DNA from: a virus
Lineage: Duplodnaviria > Caudoviricetes
Virus record (IMG/VR): IMGVR_UViG_3300012920_000054
Span: 1-52,933 of that record
Length of the DNA: 52,933 nucleotides
Reading direction: 5' to 3' (one strand)
Positions 28,201 to 43,200 of this stretch are shown here, piece by piece (within the stretch, counting starts at the first letter, position 1; each line of letters starts with the position of its first letter). Both the position numbers and the translations under genes were made by a program. The notes under the pieces are model-generated. The model searched no databases. It was given only the letters and a program-made list of their open reading frames with translations, and was not told where the DNA came from.

Positions 28201-31200
28201 AGATAATCCTGCTATTGGTAGTGTAAAAAATGTATCAAGGTCTACGCAGTTAGGTACTGACGGAGTATGGAAACTGGGTGATGGCGCACCAATAGAGAAC
28301 GCATTTAAGTATAGTTCAACATATCCATTTGCTATAGCAGAAGCATTGCTACTTGCTAAACCAGGTCGCTTTGCAACAATATTCTCAGACCCTGTAGCAT
28401 TACAAAGACCTACAATCAATAATTCACAACTTCTAAGTAAAGTAACAAAGAAACGTTGGAAGTTCTTAGATAAAGCAGATTTTAAAATACACGGTGATAT
28501 AGATGTAGCAACAGGTAAAATGATTACCAATATTGGTTACACACAATTTATTAACAGTTGGTTAAAATTCCAAGGACTTGATACAGTTCTTAACTTTGTT
28601 AATCCTTTAAGAACACTTAACATGAAACTTGCTCACAGAATGAGTGGGTTTATTGATAAGGATACATTGTCAGCAAGAACAGATCAATACAGCAACGATG
28701 GTAATGCAACAAGTTTAATTATTCCGCAAGAAAATATTACAACTACATTGCATAGCAGTAATTACAAATCTAGAAATTTCTACACAGGTGTTATTGTAGA
28801 AAAAACTAAAACAGGGTATAGAGTAAGAGGTTACGATAAAAACAGAGGTTACTTTGAAGTTTATAATCTACTTAAGACAGGCAACAAAGTAGAAGTAGAA
28901 GTAGGCGGCGAACCAGAAGCATATAGTGTATGGGAGCCAAACGTAACTTATGACACAGGTAACATTGTACAATATAGAAATAATTTTTATCAAGCACCTC
29001 TGAGAATTGCATCAGGTTCTGTGTTTGAAAGTAAGTTGTGGCAAAAACTTGCCAAGTTACCTCAGGTAGATTCTGCAAAAGCAGTACACTATATTGAAAA
29101 AGACATATCAACTAAACGTGTTTCATATGAAACAGAATTTAAAACTGTACAAGAAATATTTGATTTACTAATAGGACTAGGACTTTATCAACAAGAACTA
29201 GGATTTGATTTTGGGGAATTTAATAGTTCTGCAGGAGCAGTTCAAGATTGGGCCTATAGTGCAAAACAATTCCTATTCTGGACAACAGGCGAATGGCAAG
29301 TAGGTAACACCATTGAACTTTCTCCTTTAGCAGGTAAAGTAAAATATATTGCACCAAGAGGATTTATTGCTAAGATAAACAGATCCGACAGAGAGCAGTT
29401 TACAATATTAAATCAATTTGGTGAAGGCATTGATCCTACAAGTTGTACTATAGTCAGAGAAGGAGAATTCATAGAAGTTTCCCCACCAGACGGCGAACAG
29501 ATTTACAGTTTGATGCTTTACACCAAAGAAGTTGAACATGCATTAGTATTTGATAATACCACAAACTTTAGTGATGTTATCTTCAATGAAACATTTAATC
29601 AAAGACATAAGAGAATAAAACTCAAAGGTCAAAGAACAAAGAATTGGAAAGGTAAATTCTTAAGTCAAGGATTTATTATCGACGGTGATGAACTATTACC
29701 AAACTTGGACAACTTAGCAGAAAGTTTAGGTCGTTATCATGAGTTTGGATTTATACCTGTTGAAAAACAAGTATACGAAGCAAGTAGAGCCTTGTTTGGA
29801 TATACCGAAAGAGATTATCTAACTGAATTAGATATTCAAGACGACGAACAGTTTGATTTCTACAGAGGAATGATACAAGGGAAAGGTACGTCTGAAAGTT
29901 TAGGCAGAATTGCAAGAAGTAGTGCAGTAGTATCCGGCAACGTAAATATTTTCGACGAGTGGGCACTTAGAGTAGGAGATTTTGGTGATACAGAAAATGA
30001 CCAAAGTATTGAACTTAAATTAGTTAAGTCTGATATTAAACAAGATCCACAACTTATAACATTAGATTTTCCAGAAAATGTAACAAACGTTGTTGAAAGA
30101 ATTGATATTATAGATCCTAAGTATGCATATGACTTAGCACCTACAATAGAAATAGCGGCTCCACCAGTGGGAGGCGTACAAGCAACTGCAAAAGTAACAT
30201 TAGATTCATCAACTAGAAAGTTACAAAAAATAACTGTAACAAATCAAGGTAGTGGTTACGGTGCCATACCAGTTGCTAAGGTATTAGCAAGTAATGTTCT
30301 AATTAGTGAAAGTAATGGTACAATACCAAAAGTTGTTGCAACAACAAGCAACTATTTTGACTTTACACAAACAAGTGCAAGTATAAAAATATCCGACGGA
30401 CTAAGTTCAAATGCCGCTATAACAATTAGTGTTACGAACGGCGGTAGTGCAATTACTACAGCAAACGTATTAGCGGCTGTGAATAATAATACAGCCATCA
30501 ATGCTAATGTACAATTAAATTTAATTGCTTCTGAAGTTATAAGCGGAAGCTCAACAGTTACAAAATATACAGCACAATTTATAGGTAAAGATTTTTATTT
30601 AGAGAATGGTGCAAACTTTGGTCATAGTGCGGCTAACATACACTATCAACCTGTACAAAGGTATGCAGTATCTAGTGCAATGCCAGGGTCAACTAGCCAA
30701 ACCACAATAAATGACATAGAAGTATTACTTAATGATACTGCTATAGATTCATCATTATACACATATGATGTTGGTAGTGTAAACACTAGCACAACTACAC
30801 AATCATATCCAAGTATAAATGTATCAGCAACTAGAGATGAAGGTAATGTTTATTATCCATTACAGAATAGCAGTTTCACAGTTACACTAAGTACACCAAT
30901 TGACGTAAATAATTTGGAAATTGGTACTGACGGTGATTACAAGTTTGTTGATTTATATATAGGCAATGTATTAATCAGGAACTCACATAACTCTATTTCG
31001 TTTGGTGATCATGATAATAATTCTGGTACAGCAGATCAAGAATATATTACAAGTAATGGAACAATGTATACTATTGCCGCCAATGGTGCTAGTATTACAT
31101 TCCCTGATGTATCACGTTTGCCTAATAGTGTTAAAACAGCAATTAAAAATCCTCCATTAATATCAGATGCTGACGGAAAACAACAAAGATTAGAATTTGT

Positions 31201-34200
31201 TTTAGATACTGGTACGGAAATTAAAGTAATAGAACATCCAACAGTACAACTAAGTCAAAATCTAACAACAGATGTACCAGGTACAAAATTAAATATCAGA
31301 GTAACAGCACCAGATGGTATTGCTGTTAGAATGGGTGCAAAAAGAAATTATCTTATCACAGAAGATGACAAAACTGATAATACAATAGTAATTGATATAG
31401 ATGACGCATCAAGATTTATTAAAAAGCCAACAGGTGTTAAAGACAACAACTTGTGGCCTACAACATCATCGGTAAATGCTTTTGGACTATTAGATAATTC
31501 ATATCCTACAATTAGAAATGCTGGATATGTAAATAGTTCTAATGTAACTTTCCAAGCATTTGATGTTGCTAGTATTCCAGAATTATACAAAGACGATATA
31601 TTAATCAAGCCAACAACAAATGATTTAATTCATATAGCAAAAAGCGAAAACAAAGATTGGAATGTTTATAAGTTAGAAAAAACTGCCGCTACTGTACACT
31701 ATGTAGAAAGAAATAATGACGGCTCTGTACAACTTATCACAGACGATAGCCTTTTCCAATACTTAGATACAAATGAAATTGGTCAGCCTAACACAGGAAA
31801 ATATTTAGATTATGTGTTATCACTGGACAATTCAAATTTAAGTTCTCCAGTTGTTGTATGGAATCAAGAAGATATAGTTAGAAGGACACAATCTCAGATT
31901 AGCGACTTTGAAGCACCACAAATGGTACAGGCTCGTATTAAGAGTATTGGTCCAAGAAAAACAAAAACTATCACAGCAGTATCGCCTCACTTTGGAAAGC
32001 AAATAAACGACATTGCTTTAACTCCTCAGGCAGATAGCACTACTGTAGTTGCAACAGGAAATGTACAAGACATAGAGGCATTTGATGCCTTTGAATTGGT
32101 AGACAATGCGGCTATCATAGATCAGCATCAAGCAACAGTTTCTTTAGCAAACACAGACGAACTAACATTTGACCCAATAAGAGTTGAAAGCATTACTGTT
32201 TCAAGTGCAGGTAGCGGATATACCGTGCCTCCTACTGTAAGTATTGCAAATGGTAGTGGTGGTGCAGGTGGAGATACTGCATCAGCAGTAGCAAGAATTA
32301 GTGGACCTGTAAGTGCTATAACAGTTGTTGATGGCGGTGTAGGATATGTTTCTGGAGCGGTAACAGTTGCAATTAGTCCTCCAGAGAATGTTGTACCTAC
32401 AACAGGCGTAGCCGATATTGCAACAGCAACAGCAACAGTTGATGCAGAGGGAACAATAACAGGCTTTACAATTACTAATGGTGGTAGCGGATATACTTCA
32501 AATCCTACAGTTACAATTATAGGTGACAACACAGAGATGGCAGTTGCAACAGCAACTATTAACGGTTCTGTTGATGAAATCATTATGGTTAATAGAGGTA
32601 GTGGTTACAGTGGTGGCACACCAGCAGTTACAGTCAGCGGTAATGCAACAGCAACAGCAGTAAGAACAGTTCCAGCACAAACTCAATTAGCAAAAATGGT
32701 TACTGGTGCTGGAGGAACAGCAACAAAAGTAAGTATTAAGTTCTTAGGTCAAATATCTGATTCATTAGAATTTAAACTTGAACCTCCACGAACAGCAACA
32801 GAACAAGCAACACTTGATGCATTACAGAGAAGAATAAATTACCCAATTACATTAAAATCCTATAACACATCAACTGGAACATTTGCAATCAAACATTCTG
32901 ATTTTGCTGTTACTGATTTCTTAACTAATTTAGAATCACCAGGATTCCAAACACGGGTACTTACATCGTTTACTCCAAGTAGTGCAAACTTCTTTACAGT
33001 AGCATCAGTAGGATTTAGAAGATTTGAATTTGAAGATATTACTTCTGGTGCAAGTATAGGTTACTCGACAAATGTAACAATTAGGCACTTAAACAAATCT
33101 AAGATTACTAGTCCAAATCACTCAGTGAGAGTTGGCGATACTGTAAGATTATTTACAAATACATTTAGCGGTGCTTACAAAGTTGAAAATGTAATTGATC
33201 ACGATAACTTTGTTATTAAGGCTCCATACATTCCAGGATTCACGTCAGGAACAATTTATGGCGAAGGCATAGAAATAAAAACTGTTGGACCACATGGTAT
33301 ATCGCCAGTGTATGCACAATCAAACAAAGGCATTGCTGTACACTTTGCTGATCCTAAAATATACAACCAAAAGTATGTTATAGATTCTATAACACCAGAC
33401 AGTATTTTAATAAGTGGTAGATGGGCACCGAGAACAGGTACTGCAATTTACTACGAACACAAAGTAGGCATGGTTACAGGTCAAACTCCTTACAACGGAA
33501 GTAATAGCCCAACTGCTACAAATATTATAACAGTAACAGATGACGTAAAACTAAATGAGTACTTAGTAACTTATAGTGCAAACAGTCAGATAGTGCCGTC
33601 ACAGTTTGTTACTATCGACGGCGATAAACTTTGGGTAGCACCTGAAGGATTGCCTTCTGTAACTCCTTCAGCAACTTATCCTGCAGTCGAACTAACAGTT
33701 GCTAGACAACGTGGTAGAGGACTTAACAGATATCCTCTAGTAACAACACTAGATCATGATGTGGTAAACATTAACGGAAGCGAATTTAAAATTGATAATA
33801 CAAATAGTGCAAAAGCAGTTGAAAGTTCTATTAATAGAGCAATAAGATTAAGAAGAGAATTTGTTAAAAGTGATCCAGCGGAAGGTGGTACTGAAATTGG
33901 ATTTGTTATGATGAACGATCCAAACACACCAGTATACGAAGACTTACCTTCAAGAATGATCAGTAACTACGGACCATATCTACGTGATGCAAACAAAATT
34001 GCTGAACTTTCAGGAGGAGCACTAGATGGTAGTAGACAAATGGTTTACGCCACAGCCGATGAAAAAATAATTGATAGAGAATTTAACAAAGGCACAGACA
34101 ACAGAGGACCAGTATATGGACTAACATATACAGACGAAGCAACAAATATATATTATGTTTGGGACGCCATGCGTTCTAAGTATATGGCTTACGATAAGTT

Positions 34201-37200
34201 ATATGGTGGATTAACACCAGAAAGAAATTCAGATAGTAAACCATTACCTCAAAATCATGTGAAGAAAGCACTACCTCCGTTTGCATTATGGAAAGCATCG
34301 GAAGGATATACTGTAAGTGCAAATCCTCTAGACAATAGAGCCTACGTTGCAGGAGATATAGTAAGATACAACGGTAAAGTTTACAAAGCCACAGCAGACA
34401 TCAACATGGCAGATAATGAAGTGTTTGAAGTTGCAAGATGGACAGAGGTAGTAGGCAATCCTGCAAGTGGTGATATAGAATCATTATTTGGTACTGAGAA
34501 CGAACAGTTTACAGATAATTTAATACCTAAGACAATTCCAGGTAATGGGCAAATTACAACTTATAGACCAGGTAATTCTCAGTCTTCCTATGATATGGAG
34601 GCAACAAAAACATTTACATTATTTGATTCTAGTACTATAACAATACCTACGTTTAGATTGAAGTCAAGTGAAGAAAATATATTTGAGATATTCCAAGCAG
34701 TACAAAACGATGGTTCAGGCGGAGTAAATGGACAAGTATATTACATACTGCTTGACTTAGTAAACCCAGAAAGATGCGGAGCAGAAATAGACTTTAATGA
34801 AACTGTAAACGCATATAATTCATTTGGAAACTACAAAAAGACAGGTTATTATTATGTTAACCAAATAACTCCTACAATCGACGGTTCAAATAGAATTACA
34901 GATGCTAAAGATCCAATAAGAATAGAAGCAACAGTAGGTGTAATAACAGTTCCACCAGTTGAGCCTGCAGTAAGTTTAGGACTACAATATATTGAAGAGC
35001 CTTATGCTGTAAGCGGAGGCAACAATACTGATGCTGTCGCAAACTTACAAAGTTTACCTCTAGTAACTGTTGAAGGCAACAGAGTAAAATTAGATGTAGC
35101 AGGTATGGATGAATACTATATCTGGACACCAGGCTTAACACCAAATGAATGGAATCCTACAGCAGATGGGCCAGGTTACTTACCAGGTGTAAATGGTAAT
35201 GACACAAACTTTGGTTACGGTAGAGGTTACTATGCAGAGAATGATAATCACTTACCAGATGATTATCCAGACATTGCAAGTTTCTACACAGACGGAAAAA
35301 CAGGCTACAATAGTGTTATGCCAAGATTTATGTATAACAAGAAGTTTACTGTTGATCCACCTGCTGTCAACATGGCAAGAATCAGATACTACGATGCGGA
35401 TGGCAACGAAATATCAGAAAGCGAAGCAAACATACTAGGTGTTGATGGTGTAACTACACAACCAACTTATGCAGATCCTACAAATGAGGACACAGGCGTT
35501 ACATTACTTCGACCAGAAGAAGTATTTGTTGCTTGTTTCTGGACAGAAGCATTCACATATAGAAATCAATTAGTAGGATTAGATTATAGCACACTTAATG
35601 GTGCAGGTCAACCTACACCTATACTTGATGATTATGAAGGTACAGTAGTAAGAGTAAAATATATTAGACTTACAGAATTACCGTCCAATGCATTTACTCA
35701 AAGAATTATTCCAGATACAGGTTGGGCAGGCAGAGGCTGGAGAAACAGATTATCAGATAGCCTACCTGAATTACCTAACGAAGATAATATATTTGATTTG
35801 TTTAATCCAGTTGCAACAGTAGGCGGTGGAACAGACAGCGAAACTGATACTGATGTTATACTTTCTATAGGCACAGATCAAGATGCTGATGGAGTTGTAG
35901 GTGTAACCACTGAAGGACAACTAGCACCAGGATTGAGCAACGACGAAACAATACCAGTTACAGAAAAAGGACCAATTTTAGGTGGCGACTTCTTAAACAA
36001 CTTGCCAGGACCATGTGCAACATTACCACAACTCACACCACCTGATGAAGATTCTAGAGCCTGTGATAGTGTAGACAATCAAGAAGAATTTTTATACATC
36101 GATAACAAGTCCGCACAAATGAGAGGTGAGGATATTGTCATTGATCAAGACACAGCAGATGCTAACGGTATTAACCCAGGCACATACAAAGATGATTTCC
36201 CGTTTGATCATTCAAGAGGAGATACTGCCGCCGGTGTTGGTAATTATGCTGATACATATGATAAGTCAAACTGGTCTTTTGTAAATTTAAAAATTGCAGG
36301 AAGTAGCCCATTAAGAGTTTTCTTTGATTTCTTAGAACATGAAAATCAAAGCACTTCATCCATGAATTATGGAAGTGTAGTTATAGTACAAAACGAAGAG
36401 CCTTACTTTAGTGAACTAGAAGGAGATGTTGGACTCATAGGCACATGGGTCAAAAATGGTGTTAATCCATTCTCAGTAGGCGAGATAGGACCTAGGAAAG
36501 AAAGAGAATGGTGGTCTAAAGCAACTATAGTAGATTCAACTATTGTTTCAGGTTCTGTTACAGGTACTAAAGGTGATCAGGTAGCAAGATACGGCGAAGC
36601 AGTTATTGGAAACACTAATTTAACCAGAGACACTATTGTCGATGATCAGATGATATCACGTGCTGATAACGAAAAACTAGCCTCGTCAGATACAACCTGG
36701 ATTGCAAGTCAAAATATTCCAAGTTCAGTAGATAATCAGAGAGTAAGTGGAAGCCACATACATGCCACAACTGGTCCTTTTTCAAACATTGCAGACGAGA
36801 ATCCAAGTATTAAATCAGATGCTGGTGCAAATGCTGATCGTTGGTTAGTTAATGACATAGGGGTCAGTGGAATAGGATTCATAGCAAGTACAGTAAATTG
36901 TACTAGAGGTGAATACATCACTGTATTCTTTAGACCTAGTAAAGAAGTTTCAAGACAAACAGTTAAAGATGATGTACTGTGGCAGTCAGTTATACAATTC
37001 AGAGGAGCAGTAGTAGACCCAGGCCTACTTGGAACTCCAGAAGAAGAATGTTTAGAAGGACATAGTACTCCATACGCATCTGGCGGTGTTAAAAGACAAT
37101 GGCAAGGCAGAAACAGTTGGGGATATTTTGGTCAACACAGATCCAGCAGAGAAAGATTTACTCCTGGACAAACCAGTCAGAGAAAAACTCACCTTGATAA

Positions 37201-40200
37201 TATTTACTTCCCTTATCAGTTGTTACCTAATCCATATAATTCAAATGACTATGATAATATGCCAGACGCAACATGGGGTAGTTGGGCACATTGTCACAAC
37301 GATCACAAATATGCAGGCTGGAGAGAAAACGTTGAATTAGCAAAGAGAACAATATCTAGCATTTCAAGAACAACAATACCAAAATACAATACAATAGAAA
37401 TTAAGGGATATTTTAGAGCACCATACACAGGTCGTTACTTAGTAGAAGGTTACTGTGATGATGGTATATGGGTTTGGATATCAAGTGAGGCTACTCAAAC
37501 AACAGGAAGAGGTGGCAGACCTGTTAGAAGAGGTATCGATGACTTGGCAGGCTTTGACGGCGATACTAGACACGAATATTTCAAAGACGATGGCTTCCAA
37601 AAGAGCAACATATATAACTATCACAGAGATAATCACCTACTCAGAATTGGGTGGTTAACAACCGATGATAATATTAAACACAACAAGCCTGGTGAAAGAT
37701 ATGTAGACTTAGAAGGTGGCAAGTACTATTTCATAAGAACAATATGTGGTAATAACAAAGGACCAGGATATTTTGATTTATCTTGGGTATGTACACCTGC
37801 TAACTCATTAACCAACTTTACTTTAACATCAGATCCTGATGATACTTATGCGTCTGGAACAATTAAAAGAGGTAAATTTACACTATCAGGTAGAGATTGC
37901 TCTGTTGAACTTCCAAATGATTCTTCCGATAGCAGTGGCAACGGCAATGACGGCGGCGGCGGAGGCGGCGGCGGTGGCGGTGGCAACAACGGCAACCCAG
38001 GAGCGGCAAGAAAACGTGAAGGTAACAGTGAAGGTTCTTACGAACAAGCAAGTCACAACGGCACCGCTCATAATGGTTACGGTAAAGGATGGTATAATAG
38101 ATATGCTAAATTTGCCAGTGATGCACAGGCTAGAGCATATGAAGTAAGAGCAACAAATGCCGGAGTTTATGATGGCAGATCATCAAACTTTAGTGGTGTT
38201 CAAATTGCCATTTGGAATGAAGTCGGAATAGCATGTCCTCCTGGATCACCTGCAAATTGTTCAACCAGTGTAGTAAGTCAAGATACTCCTATGGTTAAGC
38301 CAGGATTTGCAAGTCATGGCGATGCAGATCATACTAAATTACAAAGAGTAGTATTACCAAGCGGTGAAGTTATTTACGTTCCAAATGTTGATATCTATGA
38401 AGGCATCACAGTACATGGAATAGGTAATAGTACAACACCTGGGCAACGACATCTTTCAGGATATAATTTTATGCCTCACAGCATGAAACTTCCTAAGAAG
38501 AAACCATTAGTTGACGTAAATGATTATTCGTTTGTTGAAGGCACGTTAGATGAAGGCACAGCAGTCAGTGGACAAGCACAAAGAATTAGTGGTGGACTAT
38601 TATTACCTTTTGCTAAAAAACTTAAAACAGTTTCTAAGACTCCTTATATTTTAAAATCAGAAGAAGTCAATGAAGAACCGTGGGCAAAGAATTTAGAAAA
38701 CGGTGGAGACATTAATAAAACTACAAAGTATGTTCAGTATAATCCTAAAAAGATAGGTTCTACTGCAACAATTGGTGGTAAGACAATTAAGAACATTTCA
38801 AACTCTTCAGTTGGTAATCAATGGCAAAATAGTAACAACGGCGAAACAACAACCTACACAGGACCTGCATACGAGGAGCCTGGAGTAAACACTTCTACTG
38901 ACAGCGGAGAAGAAGTACAAACAGTAATGTCAAATACTGCTGATAATACATTAGTACCTGAATACTATGACGTAGCAGAAGCAGATTTCAACAATATTAT
39001 CTATAACCAAATGCCAGTAATACAAATTACACCAAGAGCAATAGATAACAACGGAAACTTTTATAATGCTGGTCCTACAGCCGCAACATATATTAGGAAG
39101 CCTACACCAGAGGTTGATATTGATCTAACTGATCTTATTGGCATCGACGAAGGTACAGAACTACTAATTAATGGTAGAAGAATTGTTAAAAGAGGAAACA
39201 GCGGCACAGATATCAAGACACAAATTAATTGTGCTAACATGGGTGTAAGTGCCGAAATAGACGAAGAGACAAACACATTGTCTATCATTAGTTGTAATAA
39301 CTTACCATTTAAGATCGGCGACGGCTGTGGAGGCGGAACATTCAAACAAGTTGGTGACTTCCACATTAACAGAGGATTCGATCAAGGTATCACAACCAGT
39401 GAAACTTTTGTAGCACCATTTATAGCACCTGTAGGAAAAACAACAAAAACAGGTTCAGGCAATGCCACAGTAGCAATTGGTGGTGGCGGTGGAGGTATGA
39501 TTCCAGGCTCAGAAGTAATAAACGACTATAGAAGATTGCCAGATGGTAATACAGAAAAGTTCTTCTATAGACCAGATGGTGAGCCTGATATATATGATAC
39601 ACCAGCAAGAATACCTTTGGTTACTTCAAATAAGAGTACAGGCGGTAGTGGTTATAGAGTAGGTGATAGATTAAGACTTATTGGTGGTACACCAGAAACA
39701 AATACACTTGGTCCATTGAATGCAAACGTTTGTATAGAATTTGCAGGTGCTGGTTATACTAACCCTGCTAACTTATCAATTGTGTTTAATGAAACAGTAT
39801 CAACTCCAGGAGTTGGTGGTGCCGCAACAGTAACAGAACTAGATGAAAATGGTGGTATTGCAAAAGTTGTTATGGTTAACCAGGGTGCGGCATATGATCC
39901 AGAAAATCCTCCAACACTTACAGTAAGAGATTCAAGTCCTACACCTACTATTATTCAAGTAGATGCTAGTTGGACTTCAAATGTTACATTACAAGCAGGA
40001 CAAATTGCACAGATTAACAAGAGAGTAAACATTAGTGGACTAGACGATCAAAACTCAGGTATTGAAACTGTCATTGAGCCAAGATTTGTTAGAGCAGTTG
40101 GTACCTATGCAATGGGAGCCAAAGAAGAATATACAGTAGGAAGTTCAGATGTTTCTATTAACACCAGTTTCCCTAACACAGTTAGAATTGCATTTGTTAG

Positions 40201-43200
40201 AGGTGGTGAAGCAATTAGACCAGAAAGTTATGTTAAGATAAAACATTTCCCAGGAACAAGTTTAAATGATTATTACATTACAGTAAATGGTGCAACAAGT
40301 GTCTCCTCTACACTTGTAGTTGACTCTGTAAATGATGTTAATGGGCAACAATATATTAAGCCAGGCATGGTTATGTCCAAAATGGTAAGCAGTACATTAA
40401 CAGTTATAGGAAATGTTACAAACGTAGATGTGAATACAAAAACAATCACACTTGATGTATTAACAAGTGTTGCAGATGGAGAAACAGTTTACTTTGTTGC
40501 TCCGCAAGAGAAAATGTTCTGGATACCTAAAAACTTAGATGAACATACACCAAGTGTAACAGAAACTTCGTTCCACATACAAGATCCTGCATTTAAAACA
40601 AATGCTGTGGTCACAAATATGTTTGGTGCGGGTGCAGATATTTCAATAACAGGTAGAAAGCCATGGTACGATGATTACACATCAGGAAACCTAGTTGATA
40701 CAATAGATCCTAGAACACCTAAGCAACAAGCAAAACTATCTGTAACTGTAGGCGATCCAAAAGAAAGAATGAACGGTGGAGCATTGAGAGTTGCTAAATT
40801 TATTGTAACTGATGTAGATGATAGAGGTGCTATTACTGGTATAAAAATTATTGACAGAGGACTTTACAAAGAGTTCCCAACTGATCTTACAATGGGTATT
40901 CCTTTGGAGTATGACTATGCATTAGAAGGTGCTGTAAGAATAAACACATCTCTAACTCCAGATGAGCAACAAGTACAAGTCGAAGAAGACATGAAGCGAA
41001 CACTTGGCTATGGTGACCCAGTAGATAAAAATAATTCTATGTATGGTGGTAACCACCCAGAGTATCAGTACACTCCATTCAGAGGTGCAGACGAACTGTT
41101 ACTGAGAAACAGAGGAAATCTTAGCGAAGAAGATGGTGATAAACTAGACGCACTTCTTTCAAAAGTAAATGCTGGCAATCAATTAAATGCAACAGAACAA
41201 GACGAATACGATGTACTGTTAAACAAACTAATTAGAATGCAAGGGTATGAAGCACCTAATAAGCATCCAGATTTTGAAGACTATCCAGAATTCTTCTGGG
41301 ACGGAACATCATTCCAGCAGTACTTTGGAACACCGGGTGCATACGACCCAACAACATTTATTGTTGTAGATTTAAGGTCTGCATCGCTTGAAGAATATAA
41401 TGCAAACCCAAGCGAATGGGCAAGGAAACAATTTAATTTAGGTAACCTAATCAGAAAGACAAAGGTTATAGAAACAAATCCACAAAAATACAATTTTGGA
41501 AGATATAATCCACAGGAAGTTGCAGGTGGTACAGGTGCTAGAGTATTCTTAACAGCACAAGAAATACCTAACTGTTCTGAAAAAGGAACTGCCAAATCAC
41601 AACTAGGATTACCAGATGAAGTATCTAATGTAAATGCACCTAAGTCTATTGCAAGACAATTGAATAATGCATTGAGAGGTGCAGGCTATCAGCCAGATGA
41701 AGCATACGCAGAATTCACTCCAATAGGAGAAGTAGGAGAAGTGAGAATTGTTACTCCAGGATATGATGGATTAAAAATTGATTCTCCTAATCCGGGCACC
41801 TTGGAGCCACTAGGATTACCTATCGGAGATTACAATAATGGAATGCTTTGTATTACTGCTATACTTGAAAAACAAGACGGTACACAGTATACAGATGAAG
41901 AAGCACTTGCTGACATACAAGCATTGTACGATACCAATGATGAATTAGGACTGCTTACTGGTGACGAACTCAAAGAAAGATATGGCACAGATCAAACAAG
42001 AACAGAAGTTGAATATGATGGTATAGATTCTATAATGACTTTAATTTGTGCCGAAGTAATTCAACCTAGCCCAAGAAGTGCGTATGACGATTACGGTAGT
42101 GGCAAGATAAATCCATATGATGTATTGTCACCTATTGGTCCGGGAGCATATGGACTTAACGATAACAACAGTATATTTGGCGACGGCAGACAACTACTTA
42201 CAAGAGAACTGTTCAGTTATGATGTAACAGACTTGTTTGGTGCAAATGTTAAATTAACAGGCTCAGGCAAACAGAACTCGCCTGTGAACTATTTTGCAAG
42301 TAAACGTTTCAATGATCAAAATGTAATTGACCCACTTGAAACTATAGTTACAAATACTTCTGCTGTAAATGAATTAGCATTAGAAAGCAATGCTTGGATA
42401 GACAGTTATTCAAATACTAATCAAACAATTATTGATAATGCGGCTGGGGTGAGCGATAATACAAACACAGTCTACACCATGGACAACTTTGTTGAAGGTG
42501 GTTGGGCATATTTAGAAAATGGTGTGCCTAAGAGATGGCAAACTCCATTAGTTGATGTAAACTTTATTACAAATGCAATAGTATACGATCCTGAAACAGG
42601 AAACAAAGTTAATAACTTAGACTTCTGGGATCCATTTAAAGGCATATTACCAGGATTTATACAAAACGAAATCTCATTTATATCTGAGGAAGATCCTGTA
42701 AGTTATAATAATGCTAGAACTAACTTTGGTAAGAACAATGTTGGTAAAGTATGGTGGGATACCAGTACAATAGCATACAATTGGTATGAGCAAGGACCTG
42801 ATGCTGAAAGAAATAGCAAGTGGGGTAGTGCTTTCCCAGGTAGCCAAGTAACAATTTGTGAATGGGTAGAAAGTAAATCTAAACCACAAAATTGGGCAGG
42901 CAACGGAACACCAAGATGGAGTGATAGATTTGTAACTGAAAGAAGACCTGATCCAAAGACTGGTGACTATGTAATGTTCTATTACTATTGGGTAATGAAT
43001 AGAACAGTACTTGATAATAAAGTAAAACGTTCACAAGGTAGAAAACTAGATACTAGAACTATTGCTAGATATGTTGCTGATCCTGTAGGCTATGGCATAA
43101 ACATGATTAGTTTTGCAAGTGAAAAGAGCATACTGGTACATAATATATCTGACATCAGAGAAGAAGAGTCACACTTACAAATTAATCTAAGTAGAAACTT

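Noticed and set aside
37952-37984. GGC-rich tandem repeat as a contingency or phase-variation locus
   Set aside because: In-frame, interrupted by GGA/GGT codons; adequately explained as a poly-Gly linker.
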